Positions 23,843 through 32,191 of a DNA stretch of 40,793 nucleotides are shown piece by piece. The stretch lies in NCBI GenBank assembly GCA_045631025.1, contig JAZQTY010000203.1, positions 1 through 40,793 of the forward strand, in the 5' to 3' direction. A program made the translations under genes and the position numbers. A model generated the notes under the pieces. It saw nothing but the letters and a program-made list of their open reading frames with translations, was not told where the DNA came from and made no database searches. Positions within the stretch are counted from its first letter, which is position 1, and each line of letters opens with the position of its first letter. This DNA comes from Eubacteriales bacterium (GTDB lineage: Bacteria; Bacillota; Clostridia; Oscillospirales; CAG-272).

Positions 23843-25060
23843 TTATATTTCTCTACTCTGATTATCAGCCTTTTTCTTTCTTACTACGAGAGCTGCCACA
23901 AGTCCAACTGCGGCAATTCCGCACCAAACGAGTACGACTCCGTTCCAATCAAGCCCCAGAAGCTTCGCGAACACGGCGTTAGCCACTGACGCAGAAAGAT
24001 AACCCGTGCAATTTATCACTCCGTTTATACTTGATACCTTTCCCGTGCTTCCCATTCCGGGTATATAAATACTCCACAAAACGGCAGAGCAGCACGAAAG
24101 GCTGAGTCTTGCTATGATAAGAAATGCTACCTTTGCCCATATGGCGGGTACGAATATCATACACAAAAACGCAACCACCGCAATGGAAAATCCGCATCGC
24201 ATCATTGCTATATCTCTTTCCTTCGTGAGCTTAAAAATGAACAGAGATACAAACGGAGCAATCGCGCTCGTCAGCGATATTACAGAAAACAAAGTATTCG
24301 TCGTAACGCTGTCGAGCTTGAGCGCATCCGAAAGATACGTAGGTATCCAAAAGCCGATTGCCGATGCCGCTATCTCAACGACTCCGCCAACGACCATATA
24401 AAACACGAAGTTTTCAATTTTAAACAGCTGCAAATAGTCACGCAAGCCTGGTTTTTTATTGCTATGAAAGTTAAAATATCCCTTGCGCTCTAATACGGTC
24501 AGCGAAACGAACGCTATTACGGCAATTAAAATTGCAGCTCCTCCAGCCACTACAAACATAGTATTCCATTTAAACACCATGGCAAAGCAGCTTGCAACGA
24601 GCGGACCTGCAAACGATGCAGCCGATAGACACGTACATATTACTCTCGAGTAATCCTTATTCACGTTTTCAGAAACCATTTTCATTATAGGTCCGCGCAG
24701 CATTGAAAGACCGACGCCCATAAGCGCAAAGCAAGCCACCTGCATCCATGCAAACGGCAGACTCGGAAAAAGCGCAATTACACTTCCGGTAACCGTAAGA
24801 CCTACGGATATCATGTATTTCGGGTTGATCGCGTCTCCAACGAGTCCGTTTACAAGCTGCCCCGAAGCATATACGACAAAATAAACGGAAGAAAGAAGTC
24901 CAATAAATTCAGCGGTATATTCTCCGGACTCCAGCATGCTTGGAGTCGCCACGCTTAAAAGATTTCTTAAATAGTAGTTTGCAATGTAAGCAAATATACC
25001 TATAAATCCAAGTCCTACGGCTCTTTTTAGCATAGAGCACTTGGAGTTTTGCGTTTCCAT
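23843..25060 (-). CDS. MFS transporter (N-terminal signature reminiscent of organophosphate:Pi antiporters)
   Basis: 405 aa, about 12 hydrophobic helices, RBS AAGGAGA. LSVATPSMLESGEYTAEFIGLLSSVYFVVYASGQLVNGLVGDAINPKYM resembles the GlpT/UhpC-type helix 1-2 region. Subfamily call tentative. Confidence 0.8.
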   Translation of the reverse strand: METQNSKCSMLKRAVGLGFIGIFAYIANYYLRNLLSVATPSMLESGEYTAEFIGLLSSVYFVVYASGQLVNGLVGDAINPKYMISVGLTVTGSVIALFPSLPFAWMQVACFALMGVGLSMLRGPIMKMVSENVNKDYSRVICTCLSAASFAGPLVASCFAMVFKWNTMFVVAGGAAILIAVIAFVSLTVLERKGYFNFHSNKKPGLRDYLQLFKIENFVFYMVVGGVVEIAASAIGFWIPTYLSDALKLDSVTTNTLFSVISLTSAIAPFVSLFIFKLTKERDIAMMRCGFSIAVVAFLCMIFVPAIWAKVAFLIIARLSLSCCSAVLWSIYIPGMGSTGKVSSINGVINCTGYLSASVANAVFAKLLGLDWNGVVLVWCGIAAVGLVAALVVRKKKADNQSREI

Positions 25061-25301
25061 TTCAGTTTCTCCTTGATACGGCGCACTTTATAGCTCGCCA
25101 ACGTAGTAGTTAGTCTCGATAATTTTGGAAAGTTTGTAAAATTTATCCGGGGGTATCATGCCCCCGCCGTACACGCGAACAGCGAAATGAGGCACGTGAG
25201 AGCCAAAATCAAGGCAAAAATTTTTTTCATAAATATCCTTTCAGCAAAAGCGCAGGGGTAGCAAAAGCCACCCCCACCTCAAAACGCCACTTGGGTTAAA
25301 T

Positions 25302-26036
25302 TTATTCGTTTGTTAAAATCGTATAGCTTCTGCTTTTCAATACTCTAACGAGATCATCGTTATTTCTTATGCGTTCTCCAACTGCAATTCCGGCTCTCCC
25401 CGCTGTTCCAACCTTGTGTGCATCGGAGCCCGCAACGCAAGCAAGCCCGTTTTCATCCGCTAAATTCTGCGCGCTTTCATTCCACGCGGACTCATTCCCC
25501 GCATTATATACCTCTATACCGTCAAGCATATCCAGGCATTCAAGCGGAAAAGGATTTTTTACGTACTCTCTTGCGCGGAAAGGATGCGCCTGGTAAACGA
25601 GTCCTCCTTCGGCATGAATAACCTCGGCGTATTTTTCCGCTGATGCTTTTTTCAGCTCGGGATGCGCCGCTATCATATCCGGAGTAATTCCATACAAAAG
25701 GATCTCCTGACCGTTTCTGACGCCTTCCTCAAGTCCGAACAAAAGGTCAAAATCAACCTCCTTGGCATATTCAAGCCCATAAAGATAATCCTGACGGTAA
25801 GCGTCAACGAATTCCTCCCAAGGCAGCGTTCTATCCAACCTGTTGTCGCCAACGTAAAAATGGTTGGTAACGACCATGCCACTAAAGCCCTTGCTTATCA
25901 AATCATCGATATGTTCTCTTATATCTCCGCCGCCACCGCTGCACGGGCGGGTATGCACGTGCATTTCGTACTTATATACTTTATCTTCTTTCGCCTCGTT
26001 TGCAAAAGAACTTCCGTTTTCAACGCCAATATTCAT
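25302..26036 (-). CDS. PHP-domain metal-dependent phosphoesterase
   Basis: I place the start at ATG 26036 (MNIGVENG) behind GGAGAG. Has YEMHVHT near the N-terminus and AGSDAHKVG near the C-terminus. Confidence 0.8.
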   Translation of the reverse strand: MNIGVENGSSFANEAKEDKVYKYEMHVHTRPCSGGGGDIREHIDDLISKGFSGMVVTNHFYVGDNRLDRTLPWEEFVDAYRQDYLYGLEYAKEVDFDLLFGLEEGVRNGQEILLYGITPDMIAAHPELKKASAEKYAEVIHAEGGLVYQAHPFRAREYVKNPFPLECLDMLDGIEVYNAGNESAWNESAQNLADENGLACVAGSDAHKVGTAGRAGIAVGERIRNNDDLVRVLKSRSYTILTNE

Positions 26037-26149
26037 ATATCTCTCCAAAATTTCATTAAACTCAACGCAGCGTAAGCTACGATACTATTATACACTATGT
26101 TTCGTCCAATATCAAGAGCTTTGGCAAAAAACGTTAACGTATATTTGTT

Positions 26150-27466
26150 TTAGTATATTACGATCTCCGCAATTACCGGCATATGGTCGGAAAGATATCT
26201 TCCGTTTACCTTGCTCTCCTCGTTAAGAGTAGTAAAATATTCGGTCTCGATTCTGTCGCTCGTTACGAAGATATGGTCGAAAATGTAATTTTGACGTTTA
26301 GTTCCTTGCGTACCGTTGATCGTTCCGCCCACGTCTCCCTTCTTTTTCGTAACCGTTGCAGTTCTGTCGAAGCGCTCAAGATTTTCAATGGATCTCAAGG
26401 TTTTACTCGTGGGCACGGAGTTAAAGTCACCAACGAGAATGACGGGCAACCCCTCACACTTTTTACCCTCAAGGAACTTATTAAGATACTGTACCTGCTT
26501 GTATCTTGCGTTATCGTCGTTATTCTCTCCCTGCGCATTTCTGTACGTTACGTGCACGTTAACGAACACAAACTGATTATGCGTAGCAAGGCTTTCAAGA
26601 ACTACGTAAGAAAAACCTCTGTAAGAATTCGACTCCTCGATCTTGGACTCAACGAACGGAGTATTCGTCAAATACTGGAAGCCGGAGGAAACCTTCGTAT
26701 ATTTATCGGCGTTCCAGAATATCATATTAGATACTCCGCTTCCCTTCAATACGATGCCCTCGTAGCAATCGTAATTAGGCATTGCCGCGAGTATTTTTTC
26801 CTTATGAGGACTCATAGTCTCCTGCGTTCCGAAAACGTCGGGAGCCTGCTCCTTTATAAAGTTCGCAAGCGCCGTAATATCTCGCGGAAGCTGTTGGGCA
26901 TCGTCGTAATACATATCGTAAAGAACGTTATACGACATAACCTTAAGGCTATCCTTGGCAAAAGCAACCTTCTCGTTTTTGTCAACCGTAATTACGGTAT
27001 CCGCCCCGTCGGTAGTAACCTTATCAAAGAAAGAGTCTATTACGTTGCAAAGTCCAACGTTATCTTTAGCCAATATATATACGTTCTTTCCGTCGTATCC
27101 GATCATTCCCTCGTCGCAGGTGTCAAAGAACGTAGAAATACTTGCGTCGCTACCCTTTTTGTCTATAAATATCTGATAGCCGTCGCCTGCAAGCTTTTCG
27201 GACTCAAGCTCTATTTCGTATATCTCATTCAATTTAGAATTAAAATACTCAACCGCATGTTCACTCGTTTTTCCACTGTAAACTATGGTATAATCCGTCA
27301 TTTTAACGCCGTTAAGCCTAAAAGTCGGCTCACCGGGCTGCGTCGTCTGCGCTTCGGTATCGCTCGTTTGCACGTCGCCGCCTTGAATTCTGTCGCAAGC
27401 AAACAGCGCCGGAACCAGCATAAGAAGCGCCAATAACAAGCTTAAAAATCTAATTTTACGTTTCAT
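26150..27466 (-). CDS. Lipoprotein with an N-terminal alpha/beta domain and a C-terminal EEP domain (paralog of 9654..10931)
   Basis: Lipobox ALFAC. EEP motifs MSYNVL, GTQET, NVHVT, VGDFNS, DHIFV, LSDHMPV. Confidence 0.85.
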   Translation of the reverse strand: MKRKIRFLSLLLALLMLVPALFACDRIQGGDVQTSDTEAQTTQPGEPTFRLNGVKMTDYTIVYSGKTSEHAVEYFNSKLNEIYEIELESEKLAGDGYQIFIDKKGSDASISTFFDTCDEGMIGYDGKNVYILAKDNVGLCNVIDSFFDKVTTDGADTVITVDKNEKVAFAKDSLKVMSYNVLYDMYYDDAQQLPRDITALANFIKEQAPDVFGTQETMSPHKEKILAAMPNYDCYEGIVLKGSGVSNMIFWNADKYTKVSSGFQYLTNTPFVESKIEESNSYRGFSYVVLESLATHNQFVFVNVHVTYRNAQGENNDDNARYKQVQYLNKFLEGKKCEGLPVILVGDFNSVPTSKTLRSIENLERFDRTATVTKKKGDVGGTINGTQGTKRQNYIFDHIFVTSDRIETEYFTTLNEESKVNGRYLSDHMPVIAEIVIY

Positions 27467-27544
27467 TTAATTTTTCCTCTTTTTGATTTAAAGATAATAT
27501 GATAATCGGTCGCCGCTTTCCGTGCGGCCGATGAATTTTCAATT

Positions 27545-28630
27545 TTATTCCTCGTAGCCAAATCTCTTAACTATGAAATTTTCAGCTCCCAATACCGGAA
27601 ACTCCTTCTTGCCCCAAGGCTTATGCCAATAGAGCGAGCCGCGAAGTCGGTTTTCCGTGTCGCGAACACCGTACTGAAGCTGGGAAATAGCAGGCTTGAA
27701 GCCCACTCCGCATTCAAAATTCAAGGTGCCTACGAATACGTTGCACTTCCCCTTCTTGTTTCCGTAAAGCTCAACGTCGGTAGTTGACATAATTACGGTA
27801 TTGTGCTGGGCTACTATATGATTTATGGTTGATACGTGAGAGCAATCGTGGAAGGTCATTCCCTCTTCGCAGTTGTGGATATAAAGATAATCCGCAACGA
27901 CGTGCTCACCCATAACCAAGCCGTACTTAAAGCCTTGTACGGCTACGTTACGCAAAACGTTATTGTCGTTTTGGTCTTGCGAGGTAATAAGTCCCGCAAC
28001 GTGACAAGGGTTTTTCTGAAGCTCCTTACCAAGGAACGTGTCTCCGATCTCTTCATTCAGACAAAACTGCGAATCGCACACGTTAATTCTTGATACGTTA
28101 CCAAGATTAACCGCTCCCTGCGTCGGATACATTTTTTCCTTATCAAGCGCGACGGCAAATTCAAGATTGCGTATAGAAAAGGATCTTACGCTGAATTTTC
28201 CCGCGCACGAATCTCCTATCGGAGCGGACAGTATAGACCACGGACGAGCCGTGGGATCGTGCTCCTCGGGGGGATTCCAGTCAGAGAATATTCTCGTATT
28301 GACACTGTTTCTGCCAAAGCTAGTCGGAGAGTAATTTCCGTCGTCAGGTCTGACCTGATAGGGATAGAGCATCATGCAGGGCATTTCGCCCTCAAGTATG
28401 ATGTTGTGTCTACCGCGAGGTATGTATAGTTGGGAGCGCAACGGCTGACCGTCAAGCTCCTCAATTCCCGGAGATGCTATCCTATATCCACCTTTTGTAA
28501 ACGGAAAAAACAGCTTGCCGCCTCCACGCTCCGCAAGAAAATTTATTCCCTTTTGAATAGCGGCAGTATCGTCGGTAACACCGTCACCAACCGCTCCGAA
28601 ATCTAACACAGAATAACCGAATATAGACAT
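27545..28630 (-). CDS. Right-handed beta-helix protein (pectate-lyase-superfamily / GH28-55-like); no signal peptide
   Basis: N-terminus VLDFGAVGDGVTDDTAAIQKGINFLAERGGGKLFFP is the hallmark of the Pectate_lyase_3-type beta-helix. Confidence 0.7.
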   Translation of the reverse strand: MSIFGYSVLDFGAVGDGVTDDTAAIQKGINFLAERGGGKLFFPFTKGGYRIASPGIEELDGQPLRSQLYIPRGRHNIILEGEMPCMMLYPYQVRPDDGNYSPTSFGRNSVNTRIFSDWNPPEEHDPTARPWSILSAPIGDSCAGKFSVRSFSIRNLEFAVALDKEKMYPTQGAVNLGNVSRINVCDSQFCLNEEIGDTFLGKELQKNPCHVAGLITSQDQNDNNVLRNVAVQGFKYGLVMGEHVVADYLYIHNCEEGMTFHDCSHVSTINHIVAQHNTVIMSTTDVELYGNKKGKCNVFVGTLNFECGVGFKPAISQLQYGVRDTENRLRGSLYWHKPWGKKEFPVLGAENFIVKRFGYEE

Positions 28631-28730
28631 AGCTCCTCCATTTTAGCCATTTTTTAGGCCGTTAATAAACTTTGCCAAACGAATTTTAAACGATAATCGC
28701 CGCAAGCGCTTGGCATTTTTAACGACGATA

Positions 28731-28763
28731 CTGCACAAGCCCATCATTGACGGACTTGTGCAG
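28731..28763 (-). terminator. Hairpin related to 9584..9616, downstream of the SBP-like gene
   Basis: ctgcacaag...cttgtgcag arms. The flanking tatcgtcgtta resembles taatgtcgtta after the first copy. Confidence 0.35.
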
Positions 28764-28776
28764 TTCTATAAATAAA

Positions 28777-30219
28777 TCAGTCTAACGCTTCAATAGAATT
28801 AAACAGATTTTCAATCTTGTTTTCGGTAGACGTCTTAACGCCGCCGTACAATCCGGAGATATCTTTAGTGGTGTTAATGCTCTCAAGCAAAATCTTTGTC
28901 TTAAGATTTATCTGGCTTCCGTATACAAGACCGAAATCGAACACGAGGCTATCAACAACGACGTCTACCATTTCAGCGCAAACCTCGTCGTAGCTGCTCT
29001 TAACCTTACAAACGGTGTTGTAGTAGGTAGTGAGCGTAGTGTCCGAGGACTTCCACGACAGAACCTCTACCATGAACGCGGAGAAATCAGCGTCTGCCGC
29101 GCAGATCGGAATTCCGTAGGTTGCACCGTAGGTGTTGTCGTTAGTCGTGTAATAGCGTCCCTGCTCTACGTCGTACATAGGATAAGGCAAGGGAGTATAA
29201 GAGAACTGTGCGTTCTCTCCCAAGCTTTCAATGGACGACAGCGAGGAAGCGTAGAAGAACGCTCTGCCGTCAAGGAAGGTATCGTGCGGGTCGTCGTAAG
29301 TACCGAACTTATTTCCGCAGAAGGAAAGGTCCTCGCTAAAGAGCTTGCGGAGTTCTGCGATGCTGTTCATCGAATGCTCGTTAGCAACCTCAACGCTCCA
29401 ATTATCCTCTGCATCAAAAGCAACGATCTTATTGTTAAGTCCGCTCCAGAAGGAAACGGGGAATTCCTTACCTGCCGCAACGAGTCCCCAGCTATCGTCA
29501 AGATCCATCTTGCCGTCTCCGCCGGGATCGCTCTTGGTATAAATGAGCATCTGCTCTATCGTCCACTGCTTGTCGCGAACCATCTGAACGATATCGGCGT
29601 GCTGGTTTTCAGCTCCGAGATCACGGTTGTAGTACAAGGTGTTGATTCGAGCCTTGTCAACGAGCGAGAAGTCGCTTACCATGTGGAACAGTCTGCCTCC
29701 GACTCTCATGGTGTCAAGAGTTTCGGAGTTGTACCACTCGTTTGTGAAGTCTATATACGACACAGCGTCAAGGTCGTTCATATATCCTGCCAAGATTGCA
29801 GACGACATATAGTTACGCGCCAAGAACGCCAAATCGTAGTCGTAATCTTCAGCGAGTATAACGTTTTTAAGAGCCTCAAGACCGTCGGCATCCTCCGTGT
29901 AGTTATCATCAACCGTAATAGTTACGTTGTAGTACTCCTCTATCCAGTTGTTTCTGTGATAAACCGTATCTGCCATTATATCTCCGCCGAGCTCACCTAC
30001 AAGCTCAAAATTGGGCTCGTGGGCGTTGTTCAAAGCGAGTATATTAAAGTTTCTTCCGCCCCAGTCGTAGTGAGGAACGGGATCGGTAGCTGCCTCTTCG
30101 ACGATTCCCTGGGTTTCAGTTTCCTCCGGTACGTCAACGTCGCAGGCAACGAAGGTCATAAGCAAAAGCAACAATGCAAGAAGCAAGCTGCCTGCTTTTA
30201 AAAATTTTGATTTAGTCAT
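28777..30219 (-). CDS. Extracellular solute-binding-protein-like lipoprotein (paralog of 4934..6409)
   Basis: Lipobox TFVAC. The start ATGACTAA overlaps the stop of 30212..31999 by 8 nt, with RBS AAGGAGA inside the upstream gene. Confidence 0.55.
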   Translation of the reverse strand: MTKSKFLKAGSLLLALLLLLMTFVACDVDVPEETETQGIVEEAATDPVPHYDWGGRNFNILALNNAHEPNFELVGELGGDIMADTVYHRNNWIEEYYNVTITVDDNYTEDADGLEALKNVILAEDYDYDLAFLARNYMSSAILAGYMNDLDAVSYIDFTNEWYNSETLDTMRVGGRLFHMVSDFSLVDKARINTLYYNRDLGAENQHADIVQMVRDKQWTIEQMLIYTKSDPGGDGKMDLDDSWGLVAAGKEFPVSFWSGLNNKIVAFDAEDNWSVEVANEHSMNSIAELRKLFSEDLSFCGNKFGTYDDPHDTFLDGRAFFYASSLSSIESLGENAQFSYTPLPYPMYDVEQGRYYTTNDNTYGATYGIPICAADADFSAFMVEVLSWKSSDTTLTTYYNTVCKVKSSYDEVCAEMVDVVVDSLVFDFGLVYGSQINLKTKILLESINTTKDISGLYGGVKTSTENKIENLFNSIEALD

Positions 30220-31999
30220 CTTTTCTTCTCCTTGAGGTTAAACCAACAACGCCTATTGCAGAAGCCATAACAACAGCCGCACCGCAGAAGCCGATAGAGC
30301 TGCCGCAGCCGCCCTTGGCTGCCTCGGTCTCGGGAGCAGGAGCAGCCTCGGTGTCCTTGTTATCCTCAACCAATACGGGAGGCTTGTTTTCGGGTTTGCT
30401 GGATTCGCCCTTTTCCTCTTCTTCCTCTCCCTCTTCCTCTTCGGGAATGTCCATAGGAGGAGCTGCTTCATTTTCAGCAGCTATGAGAGCAACACCCTTG
30501 TATACGTTAAGGTCACTTACGGTTACTTCGGTCACGAAATACGAGTAGAAGTAAATTCCAAGATAATCTCTCATGAATACGGAGGGATCCTCAACAGGGC
30601 TGTACTGCTCGATAAGAAGCCATCTGCCCTCGGAGTCCTTTACGTACAAAGCGATCGTGGTATTATCGCCGTTGATCTCCATAGCGTACTCCTGAACGGA
30701 AGGATAGTTCTCCGTTCCGCCGTCGTATCCGGCAACGTAGTCGGTGGTAAGTTCAGAGTAATCGATATAAGAGTATCCGCTTACCGCATTACCGTTTCTT
30801 TGAGGTCTGCCCCTGTTAGCGTAGAAGTAACCGCCGTAGGTTCCGTCGATAAGCAAGCCTATCGGAACGTTGCTCGTACGGCTCACGGTAAACTTAACGG
30901 TGTAGGAATATCCTTCGCCGAGAGGAAGTCCTTCGATGTCTGCGCCCCAAGCGGCGTTCTTCTTTTCGGTAACGCCTTCCTCGCCCGTAGGTCTTTCGGT
31001 AACCTTAATAGTTACCTTGCCTGCGTCCTCGGAATCAACGTTTGCGGTGATGTTATCGCAAGGCCACTCCCAACCTGCGTTTGCAGCAGCGGCTGCGTTG
31101 CTGGGCTTGAAGCAGTCGTCAGCTCCGCTGAAGTCAGCAGAGTAAAGGAGACCGCCCTCTTCAACTCCGTCCCACAAAGCCGTGGAAATAACGGGCTCTT
31201 CGCCTTCACCCTCGCCTTCGCCTTCGCCTTCACCCTCGCCACCTGCGGGAGGAGTAACGGCAGCATTTTCATTAGCTACAACCGATATGCCCTTGTATAC
31301 GCATACGTCGCTAACGGTTACTTCAGTTACGTAATACGAATAGAAATATAATCCAAGACGGTCTCTGAAAAATGCGGGCGGATCCTCCTTGGGAGTACCA
31401 TCGTCTATCTTGCTCCATTTGCCGTCCTCGCCCTTTACGTACAAAGCAAACGTCGTATCGTCACCGTTTATCTCAATAACGTACTCCTGCTCCAACTTTT
31501 CGGTATAATTACCCCAGCTATGTCCGGTCAATGCGCTACCGTTTCTTTGAATTCGAGCCTTGTGTGCGTAGAAATAACCACCGTGAGTGCCGTCAAACAG
31601 CAATCCGATAGGGTTTTCGTTATCTGCGCAGGAAACCTTGAACTTAATCGTATAGGAATATCCCTCGCCAAGAGGAAGATTGTCTACATCCGCGCCCCAA
31701 GCAGTATTGTTCTGCGGTGTAACCTTAATAGTCACTTTGCCGGAGTCCTCAGGATCAACCGTTGCGGTTATATTATCGCAAGCCCAGTTGTAACCTGCGT
31801 TTGCAGCAGCAGTTTCGTTGCTGGGCTTGTAGCAGTCATCAGCGCCGCTAAAGTCAGCCTCGTAGAGAAGCGCTCCGTCCGCAGCGGCAGCGTAAATATC
31901 GTTCGTAGCCGCATCTGCGAATGTCGCGATTGCCATGAAGGGTACGGTCATCATCAAGACCAATACCAATGCCAAAATTTTTTTCATCGTGTTTTTCAT
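30212..31999 (-). CDS. Secreted protein: signal peptide, 2 x jelly-roll module (type C) joined by a (GE)n linker, acidic linker, C-terminal KGGCGSS-TM-RRRKDD tail
   Basis: Two repeats (GALLYEADFSGADDCYKPSN... / GGLLYSADFSGADDCFKPSN... through ...VTEVTVSD(V/L)xVYKG). GGEGEGEGEGEGEGEE is encoded at 31196..31243. Confidence 0.8.
   Translation of the reverse strand: MKNTMKKILALVLVLMMTVPFMAIATFADAATNDIYAAAADGALLYEADFSGADDCYKPSNETAAANAGYNWACDNITATVDPEDSGKVTIKVTPQNNTAWGADVDNLPLGEGYSYTIKFKVSCADNENPIGLLFDGTHGGYFYAHKARIQRNGSALTGHSWGNYTEKLEQEYVIEINGDDTTFALYVKGEDGKWSKIDDGTPKEDPPAFFRDRLGLYFYSYYVTEVTVSDVCVYKGISVVANENAAVTPPAGGEGEGEGEGEGEGEEPVISTALWDGVEEGGLLYSADFSGADDCFKPSNAAAAANAGWEWPCDNITANVDSEDAGKVTIKVTERPTGEEGVTEKKNAAWGADIEGLPLGEGYSYTVKFTVSRTSNVPIGLLIDGTYGGYFYANRGRPQRNGNAVSGYSYIDYSELTTDYVAGYDGGTENYPSVQEYAMEINGDNTTIALYVKDSEGRWLLIEQYSPVEDPSVFMRDYLGIYFYSYFVTEVTVSDLNVYKGVALIAAENEAAPPMDIPEEEEGEEEEEKGESSKPENKPPVLVEDNKDTEAAPAPETEAAKGGCGSSIGFCGAAVVMASAIGVVGLTSRRRKDD
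30494..31888 (-). repeat. Two tandem type-C modules with a (GE)n spacer
   Basis: Protein-level repeat of about 200-230 aa seen directly in the translation. Confidence 0.7.
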
Positions 32000-32044
32000 A
32001 AAAAACCTCCTTATATTTTTTTTGAAAAAAATTTTTAATGTTTT

Positions 32045-32173
32045 TTAGAATGGGTCCTCCGCCCAGTTATCAAGATTGTCGTTTCCGAATATAACGGAAA
32101 ATACCATGATGTCCTTCGTATCGATATCTACTACTCTCATTTCGGGAGAAACGTATTCCTTTTTCATTTTCAT
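32045..32173 (-). CDS. Conserved micro-ORF (42 aa) coupled to the giant EEP gene: MKMKKEYVSPEMRVVDIDTKDIMVFSVIFGNDNLDNWAEDPF
   Basis: AAGGAGGGG RBS; starts 18 nt after the giant gene stop. 32083-32107 is identical to 13848-13872 (25 nt). Confidence 0.65.
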   Translation of the reverse strand: MKMKKEYVSPEMRVVDIDTKDIMVFSVIFGNDNLDNWAEDPF

Positions 32174-32191
32174 AATACAACCCCTCCTTAA

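Noticed and set aside
25156-25230. A 24-aa minus-strand ORF consisting only of a lipoprotein signal peptide (MKKIFALILALTCLISLFAC-TAGA), with an AAAGGA RBS, between the PHP and MFS genes. A second short frame (MIPPDKFYKLSKIIETNYYVGEL) follows after a GGGGG run.
   Set aside because: It could be a frameshifted remnant of a small lipoprotein gene or a chance ORF. It is too short and has no paralog in the window, so I do not call it as a gene or pseudogene.
31196-31243. A (GE)n-coding microsatellite-like tract (gccttc repeats) as a phase-variation site.
   Set aside because: The unit is a 6-nt in-frame repeat with interruptions, so slippage would keep the frame. It is most simply a flexible interdomain linker.
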